DNA from: an uncultured Chloroflexia bacterium
GTDB lineage: Bacteria > Chloroflexota > Limnocylindria > Limnocylindrales > CSP1-4
DNA: 64,000 nt
NCBI GenBank assembly: GCA_963708065.1
Contig: CAVPRZ010000004.1
Location: 326,036 to 390,035, forward strand
Direction: 5' to 3'
Shown: in pieces, positions 19,945-28,485 of the stretch
Position numbering within the stretch: the stretch's first letter is position 1
Layout: the number at the start of each line of letters is the position of its first letter
Notes under the pieces: model-generated
What the model was told of the DNA's origin: nothing
What the model saw: the letters and a program-made list of their open reading frames with translations, nothing else
Database searches by the model: none
Translations under genes and position numbers: made by a program

Positions 19945-21510
19945 TCAGACCGCCATCTGCCCGGCGTACTGGCCGCTCGGCACCCGGAAGCGCGCGGCCT
20001 CCTCGAGATGGTCGTGCCGGACCCGGTCCGAGCCGTCGAGATCGGCGATCGTCCGGGCGACCCGCTGGAGCCGGCCGACGCCCCGGGCCGAGAGCCCGGC
20101 GGCCGCGGCGATCGAGCCGAGGAGGGCCTCGTCGACGGCCGTCAGGCGGCACGCCCGGCGGAGCCGTGCCCCGTCGAGGCGGGCGTTGGCGACGCCCCCG
20201 CGGGCCAGGGCGACCCGACGAGCGGCGGCGATGCGGGCCGCGACGGAGGCACTCGGCTCGGACCGGGCGTCGCCGACGAGCTCGGCGTGGGGCACCGGCG
20301 GCATCTCGACCCACAGGTCGATCCGGTCGCGGAGCGGTCCCGACACCCGGGCGGCGTAGCGCTCCGGGACGCCCTGGGAACAGCGACACGCCGAGGCGGA
20401 GCCGGCGCCGCCGCACGGGCAAGGGTTCATCGCGGCGACGAGCTGGAAACGGGCAGGCAGGATGAGCGAGCCTCCGACCCGGACGATCGCCACGCGACCG
20501 TCCTCGAGGGGCTGGCGGAGGGCCTCGAGGACGTCCCGCCCGAACTCGGGCAGCTCGTCGAGGAACAGGACCCCCTCGTCGGCCCGGGTGACCTCCCCCG
20601 GCGACAGGCGGGGACCGCCGCCGAGCATCCCGGCGTAGCTGATCGTGTGGTGCGGGGCGCGGAAGGGCCGGGTCCGGACCAGCCGGTCGAGCGGGCCGTC
20701 CCCTGCCGCCGAGGCGATCGCCGAGGCGACCCGCGCCTCCCCGTCGTCGAGCGGTGGCAGCAGGCCGGGGATCGTCCGCGCCAGGAGCGTCTTGCCCGAC
20801 CCGGGAGGACCGATCATGAGCAGGCCGTGACCGCCGGCCAGGGCGATCTCGAGGGCCCGCCGGCCGATCGCCTGGCCGCGGACATCGGCCAGGTCCGGGT
20901 ACCCGGCCGGGCCTGCGTCGGGCCGCTCGGTCGGGCCCTCGGCCGGGTGGTCGGCAGCCAGCTCGATGCGCGCCGGGACGGCGACCGCCCGCCGACGGCG
21001 CGAGCCCGTCGATCGGAGCAGCTCGACGACCTCGACGAGCCCGGCCGCCGGATAGGCGTCGACCCCGTCCGCGAGGCGCGCCTCGACCAGCGCGCCGGCC
21101 GGGACCACGACCCGACGGGTGCCGCGCCGGACGAGCGCGGCCACCATCGGCAGGATGCCCGGGACCGGACGGAGGTCGCCGCCGAGCGAGAGCTCCCCGA
21201 TGAACGCCCAGCGTCCGGTCGCCCGGACCTGCTCGGAGCCGAGGAGGATCCCGACGGCGATCGCGAGGTCGAGCGACGCGCCCGCCTTGCGCAGGTCGGC
21301 CGGGGCGAGGTTCACCGTGATCCGGCGCGGCGGGAATGCGAAGCCGCTGTTGCGGATCGCCCCGCGCACCCGCTCCCGCGCCTCCTGGAGGGCCGCGTCG
21401 GGCAGGCCGACGATCGTGAACCCGGGCAGGCCGGGCGCCACGTCGACCTCGACCCGGATCACCCGGCCGTCGATCCCCTGGAGCGTCGCGGCGTGGACGG
21501 TGGCGAGCAC
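19945..21510 (-). CDS. comM: Mg-chelatase-like AAA+ ATPase ComM/YifB
   Basis: Intact 521-aa ORF: Lon-like N-terminal domain (RITVNLAPADLRKAGASLDLAIAVGIL), Walker A GPPGSGKT, VLFLDELPEF and the ChlI-type C-terminus. GTG start. Confidence 0.9.
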   Translation of the reverse strand: MLATVHAATLQGIDGRVIRVEVDVAPGLPGFTIVGLPDAALQEARERVRGAIRNSGFAFPPRRITVNLAPADLRKAGASLDLAIAVGILLGSEQVRATGRWAFIGELSLGGDLRPVPGILPMVAALVRRGTRRVVVPAGALVEARLADGVDAYPAAGLVEVVELLRSTGSRRRRAVAVPARIELAADHPAEGPTERPDAGPAGYPDLADVRGQAIGRRALEIALAGGHGLLMIGPPGSGKTLLARTIPGLLPPLDDGEARVASAIASAAGDGPLDRLVRTRPFRAPHHTISYAGMLGGGPRLSPGEVTRADEGVLFLDELPEFGRDVLEALRQPLEDGRVAIVRVGGSLILPARFQLVAAMNPCPCGGAGSASACRCSQGVPERYAARVSGPLRDRIDLWVEMPPVPHAELVGDARSEPSASVAARIAAARRVALARGGVANARLDGARLRRACRLTAVDEALLGSIAAAAGLSARGVGRLQRVARTIADLDGSDRVRHDHLEEAARFRVPSGQYAGQMAV

Positions 21511-21567
21511 CCGGCCACGCTAGTCGGCGAGGCTCACCCGGGACTTATCGGCACGGCGGGCGGGGCC

Positions 21568-22743
21568 CTAGCGCGCGGTCGGGGCGGCCAGCTGCGGGGC
21601 GTCGCCGGCCGCGGCCGTCTTGTCGAACGCCCGGGCGAACTCGAGGAGCGACCGGCCGAGCGGCGAGTCGGCCTTGCTGAACATGAACGGCGAGCCGCTG
21701 TTGAGGGCCGAGATCGCGCCCCGGTACTCGTTGAGGATCTGGTGGTCGATCGGCCGCTTGAGGGCGCTCTCGGCGTTCTTGACGTTGATCCCGGTGAACG
21801 CGTTCGAGCGGTTGAGGACCAGCCGGACCTTGTGCTGCTCGACGCCGAGGTGACCGATCGTCTCGAGGACGAGCCGGACGTTCTTGAGGCACGACAGGTC
21901 GGCGGTCATGACGACGAAGAACGTGTCGGCCGCGTCGAGGATCTTGAGGTTGACCTCGTCGAGCCGCTTGTCGATGTCGATGATCACGTAGTCGTAGAGC
22001 GTCCGGAGGTTGTCGAGGATGAGCGGGATGTGCTCCTCGGTGACCAGCTCGGCCGTCTCGGGCGACGGCGGCGCGAGGAGGAGGTCGATCCCGGAGTCGT
22101 GGCGGACGACGACCGACTTGATGATGTCGGCATCGATCGAGGTGGCCGTGACGACGTCGAGGATGCTCTTGCGGTCGAGCCCGAGGTCGAGGAACACCCG
22201 GTGATCGCCGAACTGGAGGTTGCCGTCGACCAGCACGACCTTGCGGTTGAGCTCGCGGTGGAGTGCGATCGCGGCGTTGATCGCGATCGTCGTCGTCCCG
22301 ACGCCGCCCTTCGCCCCGTAGAAGGCGGCGACCCGCCCCAGCGGCGGCCGGCCGACGAGCCCCTCGCGCGGCGCGAACCGGGCCAGCAGGCTCTTCATCC
22401 GGGCGAGGAGCTCGGCCTGGTGGAAGGGCTTGATCAGGTAGTCGTCGGCCCCGGCCCGGAGGCCGCGGACCCGCTGCTCGATCTCGCGCTCGGCGGTGAG
22501 CATGATGATCGGGACGTGGGTGTTCGTCTCCTCCTCGCGGATCTTCGTGGCGACCTGGTAGCCGTCCATCTTGGGCAGCATCACGTCGAGGAGGATGAGC
22601 GCGGGGTCCTCGCTGCTCCACAGCTTGAAGCCCTCGGCGCCGTCGTTGGCGACGAGGACGTCGTAGCCTTCCTGCTTCAGGGTGTAGGACAGGACCCGCT
22701 GGACGTTCGGGTCGTCATCGACGACGAGGATCTTGGCCGCCAT
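21568..22743 (-). CDS. Response-regulator receiver domain fused to a TadZ/CpaE-type ParA/MinD-like ATPase
   Basis: Intact 391-aa ORF. Canonical REC residues are present (ILVVDDD, LILLDVMLP, IIMLTA, LIKPF). They are followed by AFYGAKGGVGTTTIAINAA...LVDGNLQFGD...VIIDID, a deviant P-loop that lacks the GK[ST] lysine. Confidence 0.8.
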   Translation of the reverse strand: MAAKILVVDDDPNVQRVLSYTLKQEGYDVLVANDGAEGFKLWSSEDPALILLDVMLPKMDGYQVATKIREEETNTHVPIIMLTAEREIEQRVRGLRAGADDYLIKPFHQAELLARMKSLLARFAPREGLVGRPPLGRVAAFYGAKGGVGTTTIAINAAIALHRELNRKVVLVDGNLQFGDHRVFLDLGLDRKSILDVVTATSIDADIIKSVVVRHDSGIDLLLAPPSPETAELVTEEHIPLILDNLRTLYDYVIIDIDKRLDEVNLKILDAADTFFVVMTADLSCLKNVRLVLETIGHLGVEQHKVRLVLNRSNAFTGINVKNAESALKRPIDHQILNEYRGAISALNSGSPFMFSKADSPLGRSLLEFARAFDKTAAAGDAPQLAAPTAR

Positions 22744-22794
22744 GCACTCCCCTGATCGGTCGGTCGCCGGGCCGCATCCCGGGGTCCTGCGGCG

Positions 22795-22800
22795 ATTATA
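22795..22800 (-). promoter_or_regulatory. Consensus -10 TATAAT (context gtgccTATAAT) about 50 nt upstream of the REC-TadZ-like gene
   Basis: The reverse complement of attata at 22795-22800. The leader contains a CCGGG/CCCGG hairpin and aggggag before the ATG at 22743. Confidence 0.5.
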
Positions 22801-22845
22801 GGCACAGCCGGTCCGGGCCCGGACATGGGTCCGTGGTACCGGGCC

Positions 22846-23440
22846 TCAGGCCTCGCCGCCCGCATCGAGATGGTCGAAGACGAGCCGGCTCCACGTCTCG
22901 AGTCGATCGCGGACGTCCCGCACGGCCCAGGCCGGCGCGAACTCGCCGCTCAGCTTGTCGGTCTCGCGGACGACGACCGGTCGGCCGCCCGCGTCGGTCA
23001 CGAAGACGACCCCGAGGTGGACCCGGCCGACGTCCGTCGTGTCGTCGTTGAGCAACCCGACGAACCGGAGGTCGGGCTCGAACCCGGCGATGAGCTCCTC
23101 GCGCCACTCCCGGGCGAGCCCCCCGTAGAGATCGCCGTCGCCCGGGTTGAGGTGGCCGCCGACGCCGATCGACCAGCGATCGTGGAGCCGGCTGTCGGCC
23201 CCTGCCCGGGTCCGCTGCATCAGGAACCAGCTGCGGACCGTCGCGCAGGACCAGGTAGGGAATGATCTGCTTGAACGACGGGTCGACCTCCATCGCCGGG
23301 CGCGGCTCGAACCGCCCGGACGCGGCGACGGTAGCGAGGATCTCCTCGGTGCCGACCGATCGGATCCCCAGCCAGCCCTCGCCGGGCACGACGAGCGGTC
23401 GCGGAACGACATACACCAGCTCGTCCGCGACGGCGATCAT
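22846..23440 (-). CDS. Nudix-like hydrolase, one frame break near 23235
   Basis: MIAVADELVYVVPRPLVVPGEGWLGI...FKQIIPYLVLRDG lies in ORF 22796..24316. It continues as FLMQRTRAGADSRLHDRWSIGVGGHLNPGDGDLYGGLAREWREELIAGF... in ORF 22846..23412, which carries a Nudix-box-like G-x5-x7-REwxEEl. The ATG overlaps the tyrA TGA (ATGA). Confidence 0.55.
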
Positions 23441-24316
23441 CGGCCGAGCCGGTCGCGGGCGGCCGCGAACCGCGCCGCAAGCGCCCCGGAATCCGGTTCC
23501 TCGGCCTCGAGCGCCGCGATCCACGCGTCGAGCGCGGCCCGGACCGCCCGAAGGCCGCCGGGCGATCTCGTCGGCGTTCGTCACGGCGATCCCCGCGCCC
23601 ATCTCGGGGTCTCCCCTGGCGAGCCTGGTCATGTCCCGCCAGCCACCGGCAGCCAGCGACCCGGCCGTCGGCCAGTCGGGGCCGAACGCCAGGGCCTCCA
23701 CGAGCGCCGCGGAGACGACGAGCGGGGCATGGCTGATCGCGGCCGTCGCGGCATCGTGGACCGCCGGGTCGAGCCGCACCGACCGGGCGCCACAGTCCAC
23801 GGCGAGGCCCTCGATCCGGGCGACGTCGGCTGGCTCCGCGACGGCACCCGGACAGACGACCCACGGTCGGTCGACGAAGAGCGCGCCGTCGGATGCCTCG
23901 TAGCCGCGCCGCTCGAGCCCGGCCATCGGGTGACCGCCCACGAACCTCAGGCCGAGCGTGTCGGCCCGGGCCACGATCGCCCGCTTCGTGCTCGCGACGT
24001 CGGTGATCGTCGCGCCCGGGAGGAGCGCCCCATGAAGCGCGCCGGCGAACTCGTCGAGGAGGTCGAGGCAGGCGAGCGGCGGCGCGGCCAGCACGACCAC
24101 GTCGGCGCCCTCGACGGTCGACCCGAGATCGGCCGGAGCGGCGTCGATCACCCCCTCGGCGAGCGCCGTCTGGAGGATGTCGGGCCGGCGGCTCCAGGCC
24201 GCGATCGAGGACCACCGCTCACGCCCCCCCGGCGCGCCCGCCCGCCGGAGCGCGCGGGCGATCGATCCGCCGATGAGCCCGAAGCCGACGATCGCGATCC
24301 GCACGCGGCCGATCAT
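23437..24316 (-). CDS. tyrA: Prephenate/arogenate dehydrogenase, one frame break near 23555
   Basis: MIGRVRIAIVGFGLIGGSIARAL...ITDVASTK...VGGHPMAG...ATAAISHAPLVVSAAL...GGWRDMTRLARGDPEMG. The C-terminus is restored in another frame (RRLRAVRAALDAWIAALEAEEPD...RDRLGR). Confidence 0.8.
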
Positions 24317-24383
24317 CGCAGGTCGGCTTCCGGGCCGTCCGCCCGCCCTCGGCAGCGATCATCCGTTCCGGCCCGCGGAACGC

Positions 24384-24389
24384 TAGTAT
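24384..24389 (+). promoter_or_regulatory. -10 TAGTAT (context cGCTAGTAT) 6 nt before the response-regulator ATG (leaderless)
   Basis: cgctagtat ctggtc ATG at 24381-24398. Confidence 0.45.
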
Positions 24390-24395
24390 CTGGTC

Positions 24396-25145
24396 ATGAG
24401 CGGTCGTGCCCCGTCACCTACCGCCGACCCGCGGTCGATCCGCCGCCGCCCCGGCTCGCCGCCCGAAGCGCGCTCGATCCGGGTCCTCCTGGTCGACGAC
24501 CACCGGGCGTTCGCAGAAGCGCTCAGCCGGCTGCTCGCATCCGAACCCGGGATCTCGATGGTCGGCGTTGCCTACTCCGCGGCGGAGGCGCGAGCGCGCC
24601 TCCGCGAGTCCTTCGACGTCGTGCTCATGGACTATGCCCTGCCCGACGGGACCGGCGCCGAGGTCGCCCGGGCGGTCAAGGCCCGCTGGCCGAGGACGCC
24701 CGTGATCATGCTGACCGCGCACGACGACGACGAGACCGTCCTCGACTCGATCCAGGCCGGCGCGGACGGCTTCCTGTCGAAGACCGCCTCGACCGACGAG
24801 GTCGTCAGCGCGGTCCGGGCCGCGTACGCCGGGGAGACGCTCCTTCCGCCCGCGGTGATCGCCAAGATCGCGCTCCGGGTGCGCCGGGCGAAGGAGCTCG
24901 GCAGCGAAGGCTTGCAGATCGAGCCGCTCACCGTCCGCGAGCTCGAGATCCTGCGCGCGTTGAGCGCCGGCCTGACGACCCGCGAGATCTGCGACGAGCT
25001 GTCGATCGCGCCGAACACGCTCCGGACCCACGTCCAGAACATCACGGCCAAGCTCCACGTCCACTCGAAGCTCGAGGCGGTGGTGTTCGCCCTCCGCCAC
25101 GGCCTGGTCGATCCGCCAACGGCCGACGAGCGCCTGTACCCCTGA
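24396..25145 (+). CDS. NarL/FixJ-family response regulator (REC + LuxR-type HTH)
   Basis: Intact 249-aa ORF: IRVLLVDDH, VVLMDYALPDG, VIMLTA, GFLSKTAS, and the HTH LTVRELEILRALSAGLTTREICDELSIAPNTLRTHVQNITAKL. No cognate kinase is adjacent. Confidence 0.88.
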   Translation: MSGRAPSPTADPRSIRRRPGSPPEARSIRVLLVDDHRAFAEALSRLLASEPGISMVGVAYSAAEARARLRESFDVVLMDYALPDGTGAEVARAVKARWPRTPVIMLTAHDDDETVLDSIQAGADGFLSKTASTDEVVSAVRAAYAGETLLPPAVIAKIALRVRRAKELGSEGLQIEPLTVRELEILRALSAGLTTREICDELSIAPNTLRTHVQNITAKLHVHSKLEAVVFALRHGLVDPPTADERLYP

Positions 25146-25149
25146 GGGC

Positions 25150-25815
25150 TCAGTCGCGGGTCTTGATCGTGGCGACGTCGGCCTCGTTGCCCGCCGCGTC
25201 CGCCAGGGTCCACCACGCCGGCGCGTGATCGTCGCGGACCAGGTGGCCGCCGGCGGCGAGCGCGGCCGCAACCCGCGCCTCGGCCAGCTCGTACGGCACC
25301 CAGATCGCCACATGGATCGCGCCGCCGCCCTGGCGCGGCTCGTCCATCGCCTCGAACCAGAACCCCGGGCCACGGCTGCGCGGATCGACCAGATCCTCGT
25401 CCGGCGTGTCCGCCCGGGGCTCGTAGCCGAGCACGGCGCGCCAGAACGGCATGACCTCGGCGGTGACCGGTGCCCCGGGAATGACCACCAGGCTCTGGAC
25501 GGCCCTCGGGTCGGCTGACAGGCCCAGCTCCCGCGCCACCGCGGAGACCTGGCGGGCCACTTCGACGTCCCGGTTGCTCATCCCGAAGTAGTCGTCCCCG
25601 ACCGTGATCAGCCGCACCGTCACGCCGTCGTGGCGCAGGTCGATATCGGGGTGATGGTCGTCGATGCCGGGCAGCTCGCTGATCGCCTGCACCAGCCGTG
25701 CGCCTGCCGCGAACGAGCCGGTGCCGATGAATGTGCACGCGCCGTCGCCGATCAGCCGCCAGTCCTCGACGCCCTCGGCCTCCTGGAACTGCTGCGGGCT
25801 GATCCGGTCGGTCAC
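25150..25815 (-). CDS. Pterin-4a-carbinolamine dehydratase-like domain fused to a glyoxalase-like (VOC) domain
   Basis: Intact 221-aa ORF. PCD signature DDHHPDIDLRHDGVTVRLIT...GMSNRDVEVA. The C-terminal half (FWRAVLGYE...FWFEAMDEPRQGGGAIHVAIWVP) is VOC-like. Confidence 0.65.
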   Translation of the reverse strand: MTDRISPQQFQEAEGVEDWRLIGDGACTFIGTGSFAAGARLVQAISELPGIDDHHPDIDLRHDGVTVRLITVGDDYFGMSNRDVEVARQVSAVARELGLSADPRAVQSLVVIPGAPVTAEVMPFWRAVLGYEPRADTPDEDLVDPRSRGPGFWFEAMDEPRQGGGAIHVAIWVPYELAEARVAAALAAGGHLVRDDHAPAWWTLADAAGNEADVATIKTRD

Positions 25816-25830
25816 GCGTGCACGAACCGC

Positions 25831-26109
25831 TCAGCCCGCCGCTTCGCGCCGTCCGCCGGTTCCGCCGCTCGATCCGCGGCGCTGGCCTGACCGCCGGTCG
25901 GTCGCGCGGCGCTCGTCGGTCGGCTCCGGTGGCCCCGGCTCGTCCGGCGGGTTCATCCGGCGGAGTCGTTCGCGCCGCTCGGTTTCGCGCCGCTCGGCGT
26001 TCAGGTAGGCGCCGCAGCGCGGGCAGCGGCGCTCCTCGGCGAACAGCGATTCGATCGGTGACACCGTGTAGATCTGCCGGCCACACGACCAGCAGGCGAG
26101 CCTGGGCAT
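25831..26109 (-). CDS. Small zinc-ribbon protein with an Arg/Glu-rich tail
   Basis: 92-aa ORF MPRLACWSCGRQIYTVSPIESLFAEERRCPRCGAYLNAERRETERRERLRRMNPPDEPG..., containing CxxC-x19-CxxC. The -10-like TAGCAT lies 7 nt upstream of the ATG. Confidence 0.5.
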   Translation of the reverse strand: MPRLACWSCGRQIYTVSPIESLFAEERRCPRCGAYLNAERRETERRERLRRMNPPDEPGPPEPTDERRATDRRSGQRRGSSGGTGGRREAAG

Positions 26110-26116
26110 GGTTCGG

Positions 26117-26122
26117 ATGCTA
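26117..26122 (-). promoter_or_regulatory. -10 TAGCAT 7 nt before the zinc-ribbon ORF ATG (leaderless)
   Basis: The minus strand reads ctgggggTAGCATccgaaccATG. Confidence 0.4.
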
Positions 26123-26148
26123 CCCCCAGATGTGCGACCGGCCCGTCG

Positions 26149-27520
26149 TCAGACCTTCGGCAGGCCCGCCAGCGCCGCCTCGACCTTCTCGACCGGGTAC
26201 TCGTAGTCCTCCAGCTGACCGCTCAGGTAGCGATCGTAGGCGCTCAGGTCGAAGTGACCGTGACCGCACAGGTTGAACAGGATGACCTTCGGACGGCCGG
26301 AGGCCTTCGCCTCGAGCGCCTCGTCGATCGCGACCGTGATCGCGTGGGTCGGCTCGGGCGCCGGCAGGATGCCCTCGCTTCGGGCGAACCGGACGCCGGA
26401 CTCGAAGCTCGCCCGCTGGTGGACGCTCTGCGCCTCGATGTGCCCGTGCTCCTTGAGGAGCGACACGAGCGGGGCCATGCCGTGGTAGCGCAGCCCGCCC
26501 GCGTGGATCGGCTCGGGGATGAAGTCGTGACCGAGCGTGTGCATCTTGACCAGCGGCGTCATCTGGGCCGTGTCGCCGAAGTCGTAGGTGTAGACGCCCC
26601 GGGTCATGCTCGGCGCGGCCTCGGGCTCGACCGCGATCACCCGGTAGGTCCGGCCGCCGCGGAACGTGCGGCCGAGCCACGGGAAGGTGAGCCCGGCGAA
26701 GTTCGAGCCGCCGCCGGCGCAGCCGATGATCACGTCCGGCTCCTCGCCGGCCAGCTCCATCTGGAGGATCGACTCCTGGCCGATGACGGTCTGATGGAGG
26801 AGGACGAAGTCGAAGACCGACCCGAGCGAGTACTTCGTACCGGGATGGCTGACGGTGTCCTCGATCGCCTCGCTGATCGCGATGCCCGAGCGAACCCGTG
26901 TTGTCGGGCGTCTCGCCGAGGACCTTCCGGCCGTACTCCGTGCTCAGCGACGGGCTTGCCACGACCTCCGCTCCGTAGGTCTCCATGAGCATCCGGCGGT
27001 ACGGCTTCTGGTCGTAGCTCGCGCGGACCATGAACACCTTGACCTCGAGCCCGAAGACGGCCCCGGCGAAGGCGAGCGCGCTGCCCCACTGGCCGGCCCC
27101 GGTCTCGGTCGCGAGGCGGGTCACGCCCTCGGCCTTGTTGTAGTACGCCTGGGCGAGCGCGGTGTTCGGCTTGTGGCTGCCCGACGGGCTCCCGCCCTCG
27201 TACTTGTAGTAGATGTGGGCGGGGGTATCGAGCGCCTGCTCGAGCCGATGGGCCCGGAAGAGCGGGCTCGGCCGGTACAGCCGGTAGGCGTCGCGGACCG
27301 GCTCCGGGATCTCGATCTCGCGGTCCGTGCTCACCACCTGGGCGATGAGCGCCATCGGGAACAGCGGCGCCAGGTCGGCCGGGCCGATCGGCTGGCGGGT
27401 GCCCGGGTGGAGGACCGGTTCCGGGCGGACCGGGAGGTCGGCCGCGATGTTGTACCAGGAGCGCGGGATCTGCTCCTCGTCGAGGACGAACTTGGTGCGT
27501 CGCGAGCTCATGACGGCCAC
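26149..27520 (-). CDS. trpB: Tryptophan synthase beta chain, TrpB2 type, one frame break near 26887
   Basis: [19 protein letters not shown]...[27 protein letters not shown]...[13 protein letters not shown] is followed, after the shift, by IAISEAIED...[13 protein letters not shown]...[13 protein letters not shown]... (ORF 26149..26760). The start is GTG 27520 or ATG 27511. A GGAGGAGGAAG sequence lies upstream. Confidence 0.88.
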
Positions 27521-27535
27521 GGTCTTCCTCCTCCA

Positions 27536-27562
27536 CCGACCCCGACCGTCGGACGGGGTCGG
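27536..27562 (-). other. Strong GC hairpin (8 perfect bp plus an imperfect inner extension) 16-42 nt upstream of the trpB2 start
   Basis: ccgacccc gaccgtcggac ggggtcgg. On the minus strand it is followed by gtGGAGGAGGAAGacc and then the GTG. It could be a terminator for the upstream unit or an element that occludes the leader. Confidence 0.45.
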
Positions 27563-27855
27563 GCAAGCCTACGCCGGGCCGCCGCGCAACCGCAAGCGTG
27601 GGTCAGTGAATGGTGGGCACGGCTCCCGATGAGCAGCGCGGCGGCAGCCAGGAGGAGGTTGACGATGCCGAGCGCCAGCACCGCGCGGATGCGCTGGGTG
27701 CTGATGTCGTCGATCTCGGGCTCCTTCCGGCACTGAAGGGGCGAGGGTCGTGGCGAGTGGTCCGCGGAGGTTCGGGGCGCTCGATGCTAGCAGAGTGCGG
27801 TCCCGACGCGAACCATCGAGCGGCCGGGTGATGTGGGCGAGCGCGGGGTGACGCG

Positions 27856-28485
27856 TCAGCTCGCGGGTCGTTCCGGGCCCAGCCGGGCCTCCGCGAGCGA
27901 GACGTAGCGGGCCGGCCCGCCACCGGTGACGCTCTCGAACAGGATCGCCCGATCCACCGTCCAGCGGACGTCGAGACCGGCCGCCGCGGCCCGGAGCCGC
28001 TCGGCGGTCCGTCCGCCCGAGGCGACCCCGTCCGACCGGGCCAGGGTCAGGTGCGCCCGGAACGGCCGCTCGTCGGGCGGCCACCCGCGGCCGGCCAGCT
28101 CGCGGCTCATCGCGGCGGTGAGCGAGGCCAGCTCCCCTGTTCCCTCGCCGATCCCGAGCCACAGGGCGCGCGGGCGGGCGGCGTTCGGGAACGCCCCGGC
28201 GCCGTCGAGCCCGGCCTGGAACGGCTTCGCCGTCGCGGCGGCGGCCGAGAGCGCGTCGATGGCGTCCCCGATCCGCGGCTCGGGCGTCGGACCGATGAAC
28301 CGGAGGGTCACGTGGATCCCCTCGAGCCGGACCCAGCGGACCTCCCGCTCGCCCGGCTCGGCCGCGGCCCGGACCGTCGCGACCAGGGTCTCGATCGCCG
28401 CGCGTGCGGCGTCACCCAGGGGGACCGCGGCGAAGATCCGCCGACCGGGGATCCCGGCGTAGGGATCGCCGCGCCGGGCGGTCAT
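27856..28485 (-). CDS. thpR: RNA 2',3'-cyclic phosphodiesterase ThpR (LigT, 2H family)
   Basis: Internal Met of ORF 27856..28707 (MTARRGDPYAG...). Two HxTx motifs are present (GIHVTLRFIG, FRAHLTLARS). The ATG overlaps the ppa TGA (ATGA, 28482-28485). Confidence 0.8.
   Translation of the reverse strand: MTARRGDPYAGIPGRRIFAAVPLGDAARAAIETLVATVRAAAEPGEREVRWVRLEGIHVTLRFIGPTPEPRIGDAIDALSAAAATAKPFQAGLDGAGAFPNAARPRALWLGIGEGTGELASLTAAMSRELAGRGWPPDERPFRAHLTLARSDGVASGGRTAERLRAAAAGLDVRWTVDRAILFESVTGGGPARYVSLAEARLGPERPAS

Noticed and set aside
27521-27603. Classical Trp-codon attenuator or T-box leader upstream of trpB2.
   Set aside because: The upstream frame contains only a single Trp codon and no tandem Trp. 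There is no U-rich tract after the hairpin and no T-box specifier/antiterminator architecture. The hairpin is kept only as an unexplained structure.
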